A stretch of 64,000 nt of DNA from Methanomassiliicoccaceae archaeon (lineage in GTDB: Archaea > Thermoplasmatota > Thermoplasmata > Methanomassiliicoccales > Methanomassiliicoccaceae): assembly GCA_040776945.1 (NCBI GenBank), contig JAXGZN010000001.1:672001-736000 (forward strand). The letters are read 5' to 3'. A program made the position numbers and the translations under genes. The notes under the pieces are model-generated. The model made no database searches, had not been told where the DNA came from, and was given only the letters and a program-made list of their open reading frames with translations. This document shows, one piece after another, positions 28,986-39,315 of this stretch. The stretch's first letter is position 1. Each line of letters starts with the position of its first letter.

Positions 28986-31700
28986 ATGAGCAGCTGGCAC
29001 TCCCTCGACCTCAACGAGGTGCTGGACTCGCTGGACACGTCCGACTCGGGCCTCACCGCGGAGGAGGCCGAAGCGCGGCTGCAGAGGTACGGCCAGAACG
29101 AGCTGGTCGGGAGGAAGGGGCCGTCCCCCCTGACGATACTCGCCCGGCAGTTCACCGACCCCCTGGTCGTCATCCTGCTCATCGCGGCCGCGGTGTCCTT
29201 CCTGATCTGGCTGGTCGACCGCCGCCCGGACGAGCTCATCGACGCGGCGCTGATCGTGGCCATCGTGGTCATGAACGCCCTCCTGGGGTTCTACCAGGAG
29301 TACAAGGCCGAGCGCACCCTGGAGGCGCTGAGAGAGCTGGCCTCCCCCCGGGCCACCGTGGTCCGCGACGGTTCCGAGAGGGAAGTGCCCTCCAAGACCC
29401 TGGTCCCCGGGGACGTCATCGTCCTGGCGACCGGCGATAAGGTCTCGGCGGACGCCAGGCTGCTGGAGGCGGTGAACCTCGACGCGGCGGAGGCGTCCCT
29501 GACCGGCGAGTCCGCCCCGGTGAGCAAGGACGCCGGGAGCGTGGTGCCGGAGGACTCGCCCCTGGGTGACCGTACGGACATGGTGTTCTCCGGCACGTCG
29601 ATCGGCCAGGGGCGGGGGAGGGCGGTGGTGGTGGCCACCGGGATGGACACCGAGCTGGGCAAGATCGCCGGCCTGGTGGGGGAGGAGAGCATCGAAACGC
29701 CCCTGCAGAGAAAGCTGGCCCGCCTCGGCCGCCAGCTGGGCGTCGCCGTCCTGGTGATCGTGATCATGACCTTCCTTGTCGGCCTGTCGCGGTCGGCCGA
29801 TGTCCTGGAACTGTTCCTGTCCGCGGTGTCCCTGGCGGTGGCGGCGATACCGGAGAGCCTTCCCGCGGTGGTGACCGTCAGCCTCGCCCTAGGCCTTGCC
29901 CGCATGGCGAAGCGGAACGCCGTGGTGCGCTCCCTGCCCTCGGTGGAGAGCCTGGGGAGCGCCACGGTGATCTGCACCGACAAGACCGGGACGCTGACAA
30001 CCGGGGAGATGAGCGTCACCGATATCGCCCTCGTGGACCGCGGCATCGAGGTGACCGGGCAGGGCTACGAGCCGAGGGGCGAGCTGAGAGGAGAGAGCGA
30101 AAGATCAGGGGATGACGACGAGCTTACCTGGCTGGTGAGAGCGGGGGCGCTGTGCAACGATGCCCGGCTGGAGCATGACGGCCCCTGGACGGTCGCCGGC
30201 GATGCCACCGAGGGCACCCTCCTGGTCCTCGCCCTCAAGGCCGGGATGGACATCGAGGCGCTGCGCGCCGAGTTCCCCCGGGTGGACGAGATCCCCTTCG
30301 ACTCCAAGAGCAAGCGGATGACCACGGCGCACGTGCGCGAAGGGGAGCGCTACCTGTTCACCAAGGGAGCGGCGGAGTCTGTGCTCCCGCTCTGCGGCAC
30401 CGCCATGGTGGACGGCCGGACCGTGCCTCTGGACGACGGCATGCGCGGAACCATGATCGCAAAGGAGCGGCAGATGGCCGACCGCGCTCTGCGAGTGCTC
30501 GCTCTGTCGATGACCGCCGGGGCCGATGACGGCGTCGTGACGGAGGGGACGACCTTCCTCGGCCTGGTGGGCATGATCGACACCCCCCGCCCCGACGCCA
30601 TCGACGCCATCGGAGAGTGCCGCTCCGCGGGCATCAGGGTCATCATGATCACCGGGGACCACGGGCGCACCGCGGAGGCCATCGCCAGGCAGATGGGGAT
30701 CGGCGACGGCATCACCCCGGCGATCACCGGAAGGGAGCTGAGCGGCATGCCGGCCGAGGAGCTGGCCTCCCGGGTCCGCAAGGCCAGCGTGTTCGCCCGG
30801 GTCTCTCCGGAGCACAAGGTGAACATCGTGAGGGCGCTGCAGGCGAACGGCGAGGTGGTGGCCATGACCGGCGACGGGGTGAACGACGCACCGGCGCTGA
30901 AGCGCGCGGACATAGGGGTGGCCATGGGCATCACCGGGACCGACGTTGCCAAGGAGGCGGCGGACATCGTGCTGATGGACGATGACTTCGCCTCCATCGC
31001 CGGGGCGGTGGAGGAGGGGAGGGGCATCTACGACAACATCCGCAGGTTCGTCGCCTTCCTGCTGTCCTGCAACGGCGGCGAGATCGCGCTCATCTTCGCG
31101 GCCACGCTGCTGTACGCCCAGCCGGAGCTCCTGCCCTTCCTGCTGCCCATACAGATATTGTGGATCAACCTCCTGACCGATGGCTTCCCGGCGCTGGCCT
31201 TGGGCCTTGAGAGGGCTGATCCCGAGATCATGAAGCGATGTCCCCGGGACCCCCAAGAAGGGCCGGTGAACCGCATCATGGCCTACCGCATGGCGGTCCT
31301 GGGCGCGGTCATGGCCTTGGCCGGCCTGGTAGCGTTCCACATCAGCTTCACCGCTGACGGGGACGCCGGCCGGGCGCGGACGGTGGTGTTCTGCACCCTC
31401 GTGCTCACCCAGCTGTTCGCTGCCTTCTCCTTCCGCTCCGACCGTTCGGTCCTGGAGACCGGGCTGTGGGGCAATCCCCATCTTGTCTACGCGGTCCTCT
31501 TCTCCCTCGCGCTCCAACTGGCGGTGGTGTACCTGCCTCCCCTCAGCACGGCCTTCCGCTCCGCTCCCCTCGCCGGAGAGTGGCTGTACATCGTTCCCCT
31601 TTCCCTGCTCGGCCTGGTGGTCAACGAGGCAATCAAAAAGGTCATCATCAGGTATCGAGCTAAGAGGGACATCTGCGAGCTGAGGGACGATGGAAATTGA
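28986..31700 (+). CDS. P-type cation-translocating ATPase (type IIA, Ca2+-like)
   Basis: LTGES, DKTGTLT, MTGDGVNDAPALK. Confidence 0.95.
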   Translation: MSSWHSLDLNEVLDSLDTSDSGLTAEEAEARLQRYGQNELVGRKGPSPLTILARQFTDPLVVILLIAAAVSFLIWLVDRRPDELIDAALIVAIVVMNALLGFYQEYKAERTLEALRELASPRATVVRDGSEREVPSKTLVPGDVIVLATGDKVSADARLLEAVNLDAAEASLTGESAPVSKDAGSVVPEDSPLGDRTDMVFSGTSIGQGRGRAVVVATGMDTELGKIAGLVGEESIETPLQRKLARLGRQLGVAVLVIVIMTFLVGLSRSADVLELFLSAVSLAVAAIPESLPAVVTVSLALGLARMAKRNAVVRSLPSVESLGSATVICTDKTGTLTTGEMSVTDIALVDRGIEVTGQGYEPRGELRGESERSGDDDELTWLVRAGALCNDARLEHDGPWTVAGDATEGTLLVLALKAGMDIEALRAEFPRVDEIPFDSKSKRMTTAHVREGERYLFTKGAAESVLPLCGTAMVDGRTVPLDDGMRGTMIAKERQMADRALRVLALSMTAGADDGVVTEGTTFLGLVGMIDTPRPDAIDAIGECRSAGIRVIMITGDHGRTAEAIARQMGIGDGITPAITGRELSGMPAEELASRVRKASVFARVSPEHKVNIVRALQANGEVVAMTGDGVNDAPALKRADIGVAMGITGTDVAKEAADIVLMDDDFASIAGAVEEGRGIYDNIRRFVAFLLSCNGGEIALIFAATLLYAQPELLPFLLPIQILWINLLTDGFPALALGLERADPEIMKRCPRDPQEGPVNRIMAYRMAVLGAVMALAGLVAFHISFTADGDAGRARTVVFCTLVLTQLFAAFSFRSDRSVLETGLWGNPHLVYAVLFSLALQLAVVYLPPLSTAFRSAPLAGEWLYIVPLSLLGLVVNEAIKKVIIRYRAKRDICELRDDGN

Positions 31701-32733
31701 CGGTTCGTACGGAGAGGGCGGGGGGCAGATACTGCGCTGCTCGGTGGCGCTGTCGGCGCTGACCGGCAGGGAGGTCACGATCAACAACATCAGGGCCAAG
31801 AGAGGGAAGCCGGGCCTGGCGGCTCAGCACCTCGCCGCGGTGATGGGCGTGGCCGCACTGTGCGACGGGGACGTGGAGAACGCGTTCGTGGGCTCGACCT
31901 CGATCACCTTCCGACCCGGCAAGGTCCTGGGAGGAAGCCACGAGCTGGACGTGGGCACCGCGGGGAGCGTCACGCTGGTGCTGCAGTCCTGCCTGCTGGC
32001 CTCGCTGCGCGCGCCGGCGGCCACGGAGATCGAGGTGCGGGGCGGGACCAACGTGCAGATGTCGCCGCCGGCGGACTACTACCTCAACGTCCTCATTCCC
32101 CTGCTAGGCAGAATGGGCTACGATGTCCAGATGGACCTCCTCTCCCGTGGGTTCTATCCCCAAGGAGGGGGCGCGGTGCGTGCGTCCATCGCCCCTTGCC
32201 TCGGCCTCATGGCGCTGGACCTGGGAGAGCGGGGCAGGCTGGTGGAGGTGGGAGGGGAGTGCTTCACCCAGAACCTGCCGGAGCATGTCGCCCACCGCAT
32301 GGAGGACGCTGTCCGGCAATCGCTCGTGGACCATGAGCTCAGGCTCCGGACGCGCCGTACCACCGGCCATTCCACCGGGGCCGGGACGGCGCTGTACGCG
32401 AGGTACCAGAACACCGTGCTTGGCGCCGACGGGCTCGGGAAGAAGGGGGTGCCGGCGGAGCGGGTGGGGGAGGAGGCGGCGGCCAGGCTCCGGCAGGAGA
32501 TGGACGGCCCGGGCACTCTGGACGTGCACGCCGCCGATCAGCTCCTTCCGTACATGGCCTTGGCCGGCGGCCCCTCGGCGTTCAGGGTGCGGGAGGTCAC
32601 CGAGCACCTCACGACCCAGATGTGGCTGCTCCGGCAGTTCCTGGACGTCGAGTTCGTGATGGAGCGGGACAGGAGGGGAGCGAGGGTCGAAGTGATGCCT
32701 ACCCGTACATCCCGGGAGGGGCGACCCGCCTGA
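31690..32733 (+). CDS. rtcA: RNA 3'-terminal phosphate cyclase
   Basis: IDGSYGEGGGQILR, GFYPQGGG, DVHAADQL. Confidence 0.95.
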   Translation: MEIDGSYGEGGGQILRCSVALSALTGREVTINNIRAKRGKPGLAAQHLAAVMGVAALCDGDVENAFVGSTSITFRPGKVLGGSHELDVGTAGSVTLVLQSCLLASLRAPAATEIEVRGGTNVQMSPPADYYLNVLIPLLGRMGYDVQMDLLSRGFYPQGGGAVRASIAPCLGLMALDLGERGRLVEVGGECFTQNLPEHVAHRMEDAVRQSLVDHELRLRTRRTTGHSTGAGTALYARYQNTVLGADGLGKKGVPAERVGEEAAARLRQEMDGPGTLDVHAADQLLPYMALAGGPSAFRVREVTEHLTTQMWLLRQFLDVEFVMERDRRGARVEVMPTRTSREGRPA

Positions 32734-33466
32734 GCTCGGTCTCCTTGCCCGCCTTCTCGTACATGTCCTTGAGGCTGTCCTCTATGGCCTCCGCCTCCTT
32801 CACCAGCGGCCCGATGTCCAGCAGGTCCTTGAGCACAAGGCGGTTGATCGCCTTGGTCACCGCCGCTGCCGCCCGGGCGTCGGGGAACTCGGTGCTCGCC
32901 TCCGAGAGAATGGTTATCACGTCGAAGATGCGGTTCACCCCCTCGTTCAGCAGTACGCCGGAGAGCCCGACGATCACCCCTCCCTCGAATATGTCGACCC
33001 CGTTGTCCTTCAGCAGCCCTCTTGCCTCGGGGGTGGAGCCGACCCCCAGCACAAGGCCGCTGCCGTCGGCGTTCGGCGGCCGCCCGCTCTGCTTGGTGCT
33101 TATCCCCTCCGGGGAGATGATCATCCGGCACTTGTGGTCCTCCGCCCAGTCCATTATCGTCCTTCCCAGGTCCTTGATGATGTGCGGAGGGGGCTGAAAC
33201 TCCGAGACGAACACCACCAGACGGTCGCCGTCGTCACCGATCTCCCCGGCGTAGATGCGCACCGGGCTGTTGGGCACCCCGTTCCTTATCATGGACACCG
33301 CGGGGAAGGTGTCCGAGTCCACCACCGCGATCTGCCTCAGGCCAAGGGAGCCGACGATGTAGTTGGCGACTATGGAACCGACCAGGCCGATGGAGGGGAA
33401 CCCGTCGAGCACATAGGCGCCGCGGAGGTTCATCTCCTCTATCTCGATGATCTTGATGTAGCTCAT
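32699..33466 (-). CDS. PAC2-family proteasome assembly chaperone
   Basis: GFPSIGLVGSI...FPDARAAA. Confidence 0.88.
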   Translation of the reverse strand: MSYIKIIEIEEMNLRGAYVLDGFPSIGLVGSIVANYIVGSLGLRQIAVVDSDTFPAVSMIRNGVPNSPVRIYAGEIGDDGDRLVVFVSEFQPPPHIIKDLGRTIMDWAEDHKCRMIISPEGISTKQSGRPPNADGSGLVLGVGSTPEARGLLKDNGVDIFEGGVIVGLSGVLLNEGVNRIFDVITILSEASTEFPDARAAAAVTKAINRLVLKDLLDIGPLVKEAEAIEDSLKDMYEKAGKETELRRVAPPGMYG

Positions 33467-33568
33467 GCTGTTCCGATTCCAACCACGACGTAATAAAAAG
33501 TTGTCCGGCACGGCCCCTCGTCCAGCGCCTGGGGAAAGATTATACTTCGGGGCACCGTATTCAGAGCC

Positions 33569-34207
33569 GTGAGACCGACCGTCACCGTGAACTGCGCCAT
33601 GACCGCCGACGGCAAGATCGCCGGACGCTCCAGGAGGCAGCTCAGGATATCGTCGCCCGAGGACCTGGCAAGGGTGAAGGAGCTGCGGGCGGCCTCCGGC
33701 GCCATCCTGGTCGGCGTGGGCACGGTGATCGCGGACGATCCGCACCTGACGGTGAAAGATCTTCCGCCGGAGCGCAACCCCCTGAGGGTGGTCCTCGACC
33801 CTCGCGGCCGCACGCCGGACGGCGCGCGGGTCCTGGACGGCCGGGCCCGGACGCTCATCGTGACCTCGGAGGATTGCGAGCGGAACTGGGAGGGAGCGGA
33901 GACGCTGAGGGCCGGGAAGGGGAGGATCGACCTGGAGCTGATGCTGTCCCGCCTGCACGAGCGCGGAGTTCGTGACCTCATGGTCGAGGGGGGCGGCGAG
34001 ACCATCTTCTCGTTCTTCGAGAGCGGCCTCGTCGACCGCTACATGGTCTTCGTCGGCAGCATGATCGTCGGCGGCCGTGGCTCACCTACCCCCGCCGACG
34101 GCGACGGACTGCCCGAGGACCGCCCGGTGCGCCTACGCCTTGCCGGCTGCCGGCGCCTGGGCGACGGCGTGCTGCTCACGTATGAGGTCGGACATGGAGC
34201 GCCCTAG
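33569..34207 (+). CDS. 2,5-diamino-6-ribosylamino-4(3H)-pyrimidinone 5'-phosphate reductase (RibD C-terminal type)
   Basis: AMTADGKIA, ILVGVGTVIADDPHLTV, MVEGGG. Confidence 0.9.
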   Translation: MRPTVTVNCAMTADGKIAGRSRRQLRISSPEDLARVKELRAASGAILVGVGTVIADDPHLTVKDLPPERNPLRVVLDPRGRTPDGARVLDGRARTLIVTSEDCERNWEGAETLRAGKGRIDLELMLSRLHERGVRDLMVEGGGETIFSFFESGLVDRYMVFVGSMIVGGRGSPTPADGDGLPEDRPVRLRLAGCRRLGDGVLLTYEVGHGAP

Positions 34208-34658
34208 GTTCCTGGCCGACGAGATGCTGGGCACCCTGGCCAGGTGGCTGAGGATGATGGGCTACGACACCGAGTACGCGCGGGACCTTCTTGACAACGA
34301 GGTGCTCGAGCTGGCCAGGGCCGGGGGGCGCATCGTTCTGACCAGGGACCGGCAGCTCGCGGGGCGCGCCGGGAACGGAGGTCTGTTCATCACCAGCGAC
34401 GTGCTGGACGAGCAGTTGGAACAGGTGGTCTCGTTCTTCGGCCTGAGCGGCGGCGCACCGCTCACCAGGTGCACGGTGTGCAACGCGGAGCTCGAGCGGG
34501 CCGGTCGGGAGGCCATGGCCGGCAGGGTGCCGGACCGGGTGCTGTCGGCGCACCACGAGTTCTTCGTCTGCCCGAGGTGCGGACAAGTGTATTGGAAGGG
34601 CACCCACTGGACCAGCATAGTCCAGAGGATGGACAGGCTTCGTTCTCAGAGCCGATAG
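34194..34658 (+). CDS. Mut7-C RNase domain protein (DUF82)
   Basis: FLADEMLGTLARWLRMMGYDT, RCTVCN, CPRCGQVYWKGTH. Confidence 0.9.
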   Translation: MERPRFLADEMLGTLARWLRMMGYDTEYARDLLDNEVLELARAGGRIVLTRDRQLAGRAGNGGLFITSDVLDEQLEQVVSFFGLSGGAPLTRCTVCNAELERAGREAMAGRVPDRVLSAHHEFFVCPRCGQVYWKGTHWTSIVQRMDRLRSQSR

Positions 34659-35578
34659 TAGTCCTCACTGACGATCTTGCCGGAGCTGGCATTGACGATG
34701 ATTATGCCATGGACCCCTTCCACACACCATATCGGTATGTAATATATCCCGCGGTCCTCCAGGTGTATCTCCGCCTCGCGCGGGGTGACCCTCCGCTTCT
34801 CGGTGATGGTGACATGGTTCTCCTCGCGGATGCTCTCTTTGTCGTACGAGTTCACTCGCACAAGCTCGCGCTTCGCGATCCGCCTGGCGTCCTCGGTGGT
34901 TATGGCCGGCTCGAGGGTGCGATGGCTTATCTCCAGGGCGTAAACGACCTCGGTGCGGTCGTTCCACGATTCTACCTTGTGGGTTAGGGCGTTCACCGAG
35001 AGCGTTCCCCGCTCCACGCCCACCTTCTCCTCGCCCATGTAGAGCGGGCAGATGTAGCCGTAAACGTAATGGGGAACGAGCTCGAGGCGATATCGGAACC
35101 CGGATACGGTCTTGCGCGACAGCTCCCGGATGTCCTCGACCCCGAGCACTGGACGCACGATGCGCTCTCCCACCGAGGCGTCCTTGACGTCCTCGAGCAG
35201 CTCGGGCGAGACCAGACGGGGATAGTCCTCGGCCATCAGCTCGTCCACCAGTCCGTGGTCCCGCTCGCCGACGACGCGCTCGATCCGCGTCCTCCCGATC
35301 TCGTGCTCCAACGCGCCCCGGTCCCATACCGTCACCGAGCGGTCCAGGCCGTCCAGGAAGGCCGGGGGGATCGCCTCCAGGGTGGCGATCACTTTCTTGC
35401 CCCTGTGCCCCCTGCATTTTGCTATGAACGCATCGGCAGCAGCGCGGTCGACCGTGCCCATGAGGAATAAGAGAACTTCCTGGCCGTTCTTGCGGGCGAC
35501 CATGTGACCATCCCGCTCGATCACCTCGAAGTCACGAGCCTGCAAGATCTCCGCGACCACCTTGGCCAAGGATGTCAA
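34646..35578 (-). CDS. Hypothetical protein
   Basis: 310-aa ORF with host-like codon usage; no confident motif. Confidence 0.7.
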   Translation of the reverse strand: MTSLAKVVAEILQARDFEVIERDGHMVARKNGQEVLLFLMGTVDRAAADAFIAKCRGHRGKKVIATLEAIPPAFLDGLDRSVTVWDRGALEHEIGRTRIERVVGERDHGLVDELMAEDYPRLVSPELLEDVKDASVGERIVRPVLGVEDIRELSRKTVSGFRYRLELVPHYVYGYICPLYMGEEKVGVERGTLSVNALTHKVESWNDRTEVVYALEISHRTLEPAITTEDARRIAKRELVRVNSYDKESIREENHVTITEKRRVTPREAEIHLEDRGIYYIPIWCVEGVHGIIIVNASSGKIVSEDYYRL

Positions 35579-35730
35579 GAACGCACCCTGGCCCCCATAA
35601 TGGTGGGGTCATAAATACGTTTCCAGGAGCCTCAGGAACAGGGCACGCAATGGCCGGTTCCCAGTCCCTGGCCTGGGCATCGTGCCCTTTATCTATTCGA
35701 ACGACCTAGCGCTGAGGGAGAGGTTTTTCG

Positions 35731-38079
35731 GTGGACCGCAAGATGCTGGCCGCTGCCCTGATAGTGGTCTTGCTAATAGCCTCCGGTCTCGCCGCCGCGC
35801 TGCTGCTAACGCCAGGCCGGGGAAGCACGCCTCCGCTGGAGGAGCGGCGTTCCGTGCGAGCATGGGTCGACCTTTCCTCCGTCGCGGCCGGACCGGTTCG
35901 GGACGAGGACCGTTGGGGGAGCGTGGAGACCTTCGCCGGTTCGAGGTCCGGGACGTTGAGCTATTATCGTCAAGTGTCCCTCCGCCAGACCGCGGCGACC
36001 GAGTGCGTCTTACTGGGAGGCGAGGTTTGGTGCATGATGCGCTCCAACACGACCGATGAGGTCCTGATGCGATACACGCCGACCGTCCGGGGCCCGGGGT
36101 GGAACATCTCCTTCGAGTGCTATGCTCCTCAGGCGGGCGACGCCCTTGATCCTGCCAGAGGAGAGAAGCAGATCGGCCTGACCGGCGCCTTGATCGACCG
36201 CCGGGGCATCGCGCTCGCCGCTGTGGACCTGTCCTACGGTACGCCGGACGAGAACTACGTAAGGCTTCGGGACGCTGGAGCCGGGAACGCCACCTATTTC
36301 AGCGAGTCCATGCTCCCCTCGGCCACGTACCGGAACGAGAGGGAGGGCTTCGCCTCGGAGCGTTACCTGGTCTCGTTCCAGAGCATGGGCGATGGTCTCT
36401 GCACGATCACGGTGCTGCACACCTCCGGAACGATGGTCGGTAGGGGCGCCGTGACCATCCCTCCAGCGTGGGAGGGGCCGGCGCAGCTGGTGCTGAGCAC
36501 CACCTCCAAGGTGCTGGTGGTCCAGAGCACCGACCCGGCGGTACCGTGGATGACGGACACTCACAGCGGTGCGTGGATCGTTGACAATCTGGCATGCCGC
36601 GGCGCCACCGCCCCCTATCCCCTTGCGGGCCCGCTCTACGGTTATGCCTCCGATGCTTCCTCCGTACCATCTGGAAGCTTCCCGGCTGGCGCCCCGCGCG
36701 GGGACGCGGAGGTTACCATCGATGGTGTCAAGGCGGCGTTCAACGCCGCCACCGGAAGGTACGAGGCGGATGTGGCCGCCCGCACCATATGGGGTATGGG
36801 CGTGAACTACACCATATTGCTGGACGGCGTCACAGTGAACGACTCGATGGAGCTGACCACGACCCTCACGGCCCCCCACGCGACCGTCAGCGAATGGTGG
36901 AACGGTTGGGACTGGGTCAGCGTGTTCGGGCTGGACGACTGCGGGGGCCCGGACAGCGCCCTTAGCTCTTACCGGGACTACCACCACCCCCTTACTGCCT
37001 ACGTGATGTACGTAGGAGGGTCGTCCTCCCAGACCCTGGCATATCCATACTTGGAGATAGGGCTGCACGCCCCGCACGATTGGCAGGGAGGAGCGATAAA
37101 GTTCTGGCGCGACGCTGCCAGGCAAGCCGACGACGGTGTGGGCATGCTGAGGGAAAACTACACCTTCGCCAGTCGATGGGACGCGCCCGCCAACGGGGGG
37201 AGGGGAGATACATACATCTCAATGGCCAATCCCGGGAACAAGGCCACCTACCAGCAACTGTACGCGCTGTACGCGGCCGGCATTCGCATCGACGGACGCT
37301 CCTCGGACAAGGAGGCGGGGTCCCCGGGGAACCATACCCAACTGGGCTCGTGGTACGACGCCGGAGGGTATCAAGGCACCGGTGCCGGGTGGACGGCCTA
37401 CCGGCCGATGGATCTCATGGACGCGGCCCGCCTGCTCAGCTGGGACCATGAACGGCCGTGGAACGAATCTTTCGGCCTCGTTAACAGCGTCGCGGAGAAC
37501 CATGGCGTGCTGCGGGTCTATGGGCACCCCAACCGGGCCATCTCCATGCCCGAGCTGCTCCACTGGATCGACGACCCTAAGACCAACTACTCGCTGGAGA
37601 ACTGGAAGGCGACCGACGGGGAGGTCGCCAGCTACATCTACGGGCGATGGTCCACGAGCCTGAGCTACGACACCGGACGCTCGGACGCGTCTACCTGGAC
37701 GTACAACGTCGGCCGGGGCAGCGCCGCCGATGCGGGAGTGTGGAACGTGCCGGTCACCATAGCCATCGATATCCATGGCAGGACGGTAAGGGACATCACG
37801 GTCAAGGACGGGGGAAGGACGATGAGGATGAGCAGCGGCTCTCTGACCGATCTGCACGGCGCCAGGATCATGGATTCTGGGTACGACCTCAGGAATGGGA
37901 TGCTATACGTGTCCGGCATGTGGGCCAACGGCTCTAGCATCTCGGTGACCTTCGCCGACCCTGCCCCTTCGGCCCTTGAAGTGGCATGCTCGGCGCCCCT
38001 GATCATGCGGGCTGATCGACCAGCAGGAACATATCGCGGCGGAGACATGATGGCGGTATGGACCCCTGCCGCTCAGTGA
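35731..38079 (+). CDS. Secreted or anchored protein with a polysaccharide deacetylase-like domain
   Basis: N-terminal TM; FGLDD, EIGLH, VLRVYGHP resemble NodB motifs. Confidence 0.6.
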   Translation: MDRKMLAAALIVVLLIASGLAAALLLTPGRGSTPPLEERRSVRAWVDLSSVAAGPVRDEDRWGSVETFAGSRSGTLSYYRQVSLRQTAATECVLLGGEVWCMMRSNTTDEVLMRYTPTVRGPGWNISFECYAPQAGDALDPARGEKQIGLTGALIDRRGIALAAVDLSYGTPDENYVRLRDAGAGNATYFSESMLPSATYRNEREGFASERYLVSFQSMGDGLCTITVLHTSGTMVGRGAVTIPPAWEGPAQLVLSTTSKVLVVQSTDPAVPWMTDTHSGAWIVDNLACRGATAPYPLAGPLYGYASDASSVPSGSFPAGAPRGDAEVTIDGVKAAFNAATGRYEADVAARTIWGMGVNYTILLDGVTVNDSMELTTTLTAPHATVSEWWNGWDWVSVFGLDDCGGPDSALSSYRDYHHPLTAYVMYVGGSSSQTLAYPYLEIGLHAPHDWQGGAIKFWRDAARQADDGVGMLRENYTFASRWDAPANGGRGDTYISMANPGNKATYQQLYALYAAGIRIDGRSSDKEAGSPGNHTQLGSWYDAGGYQGTGAGWTAYRPMDLMDAARLLSWDHERPWNESFGLVNSVAENHGVLRVYGHPNRAISMPELLHWIDDPKTNYSLENWKATDGEVASYIYGRWSTSLSYDTGRSDASTWTYNVGRGSAADAGVWNVPVTIAIDIHGRTVRDITVKDGGRTMRMSSGSLTDLHGARIMDSGYDLRNGMLYVSGMWANGSSISVTFADPAPSALEVACSAPLIMRADRPAGTYRGGDMMAVWTPAAQ

Positions 38080-38456
38080 GGCTGTCCGGCGCGATCGTGA
38101 TCGTGATAGGCGCCGCCCTCATGGCATATGCAGCACTGGAGGGAGAGCTGTCCTTCGCCCTGGTGCTGATAGTGCCAGTTATCTACGGCTCCGGGCCGCT
38201 GGCCGCTCTGGCCGCCCTCATGGTCTTCGCCGGCGCGGCGCTCGTTTTCCTGTCGTTCCTCCTGGCCGCGGTTCGTGCAGGCGCCGAACCGGCGCCGGGA
38301 AGGAAAGTGAAGGAATGGGGCGCGGTGGTCCTGATCGGACCGGTGCCCATAATCATCGGGTCGGGCGGAGCGTTGAGGAGCAAATGGGCGCTCGTCCTGC
38401 TGGCCATCCTCTCCTTTCTCTTTTTTGCGCTGTTCCTTCTCATCTATCTTCGGTGA
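38058..38456 (+). CDS. DUF131/TIGR00304 membrane protein
   Basis: GAVVLIGPVPIIIGS. Confidence 0.8.
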   Translation: MDPCRSVRLSGAIVIVIGAALMAYAALEGELSFALVLIVPVIYGSGPLAALAALMVFAGAALVFLSFLLAAVRAGAEPAPGRKVKEWGAVVLIGPVPIIIGSGGALRSKWALVLLAILSFLFFALFLLIYLR

Positions 38457-38655
38457 GCCGCCGGGCGCACGCCTCGGTGCTCTCGCCTTTGCGGCGGGAG
38501 CCCCTGACCTCCGAGGTTATGAGGACGTAGCGCTCGAAATCAAGGCCCCGGTTGCGCAGCACCCGCCCTAGAGCGTGCTCCACCTCCTCCTTGCGCAGCT
38601 TGACGTCAAGCGCTTCCTTCAGCAGCTTCAGGTCCTCGGCGCTCAGCGGTGCCAT
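38440..38655 (-). CDS. Small hypothetical protein
   Basis: Overlaps the guaAA stop; host-like codon usage. Confidence 0.6.
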   Translation of the reverse strand: MAPLSAEDLKLLKEALDVKLRKEEVEHALGRVLRNRGLDFERYVLITSEVRGSRRKGESTEACARRLTEDR

Positions 38656-39215
38656 TCCTCGACCACCTTCAGGAAGTTCTTGAAGATCTCATAGCCGTGC
38701 TCGGTGTTCTCCACCTCGGGATGGAACTGCAGGCCGTAGAACGGTCGGTCCTTGACCTTGATGGCCTCCACCGGGCAATCGATGGTGTGGGCGAGCACCT
38801 CGAAGCTTTCCGGCACCCGCTTCACCTCGTCATTGTGGCTCTGCCATACCACGAACTCCTTCGGCAGCCCGAGGAAGATGTCGTCCTCTTGGTCGACCGT
38901 CAGCGTGGCCTTCCCGAACTCCGGCCTTCCCGCGGGAGCGGTGGCGCCGCCAAAGTGGTTGGTCATGAAGTGGAGGCCAGCGCATATGCCGAGTATCGGA
39001 AAATCGGCGCGGTCAAGGTACTCGCCGTTGCGGCCCATCTTCTCGTTCTCGTCGGCGACGTGCGGAGACCCGCCGGAGAGCACCAGGGCGTCGACGTCCA
39101 ACCGTTCCAAGGGCGTGGTGTTCGGCACGATCTTGGTCTCCACGTCCAGATACTTCAGCACCCGCCATTCACGGTGGGTCCATTGGCCGCCGTTGTCCAC
39201 GACGTAGACGCGCAT
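38643..39215 (-). CDS. guaAA: GMP synthase subunit A (glutamine amidotransferase)
   Basis: VVDNGGQWTHRE, ILGICAG, LQFHPEV. Confidence 0.95.
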   Translation of the reverse strand: MRVYVVDNGGQWTHREWRVLKYLDVETKIVPNTTPLERLDVDALVLSGGSPHVADENEKMGRNGEYLDRADFPILGICAGLHFMTNHFGGATAPAGRPEFGKATLTVDQEDDIFLGLPKEFVVWQSHNDEVKRVPESFEVLAHTIDCPVEAIKVKDRPFYGLQFHPEVENTEHGYEIFKNFLKVVEEWHR

Positions 39216-39315
39216 GGGATTTGTGAAGACAAGCGCTTAGATAAACACTCTCATTCACCTGGAACGTGACTGAAAAAAGACGGTTTATCTACTTGTCCGC
39301 CATTGTAAAAAGGCG

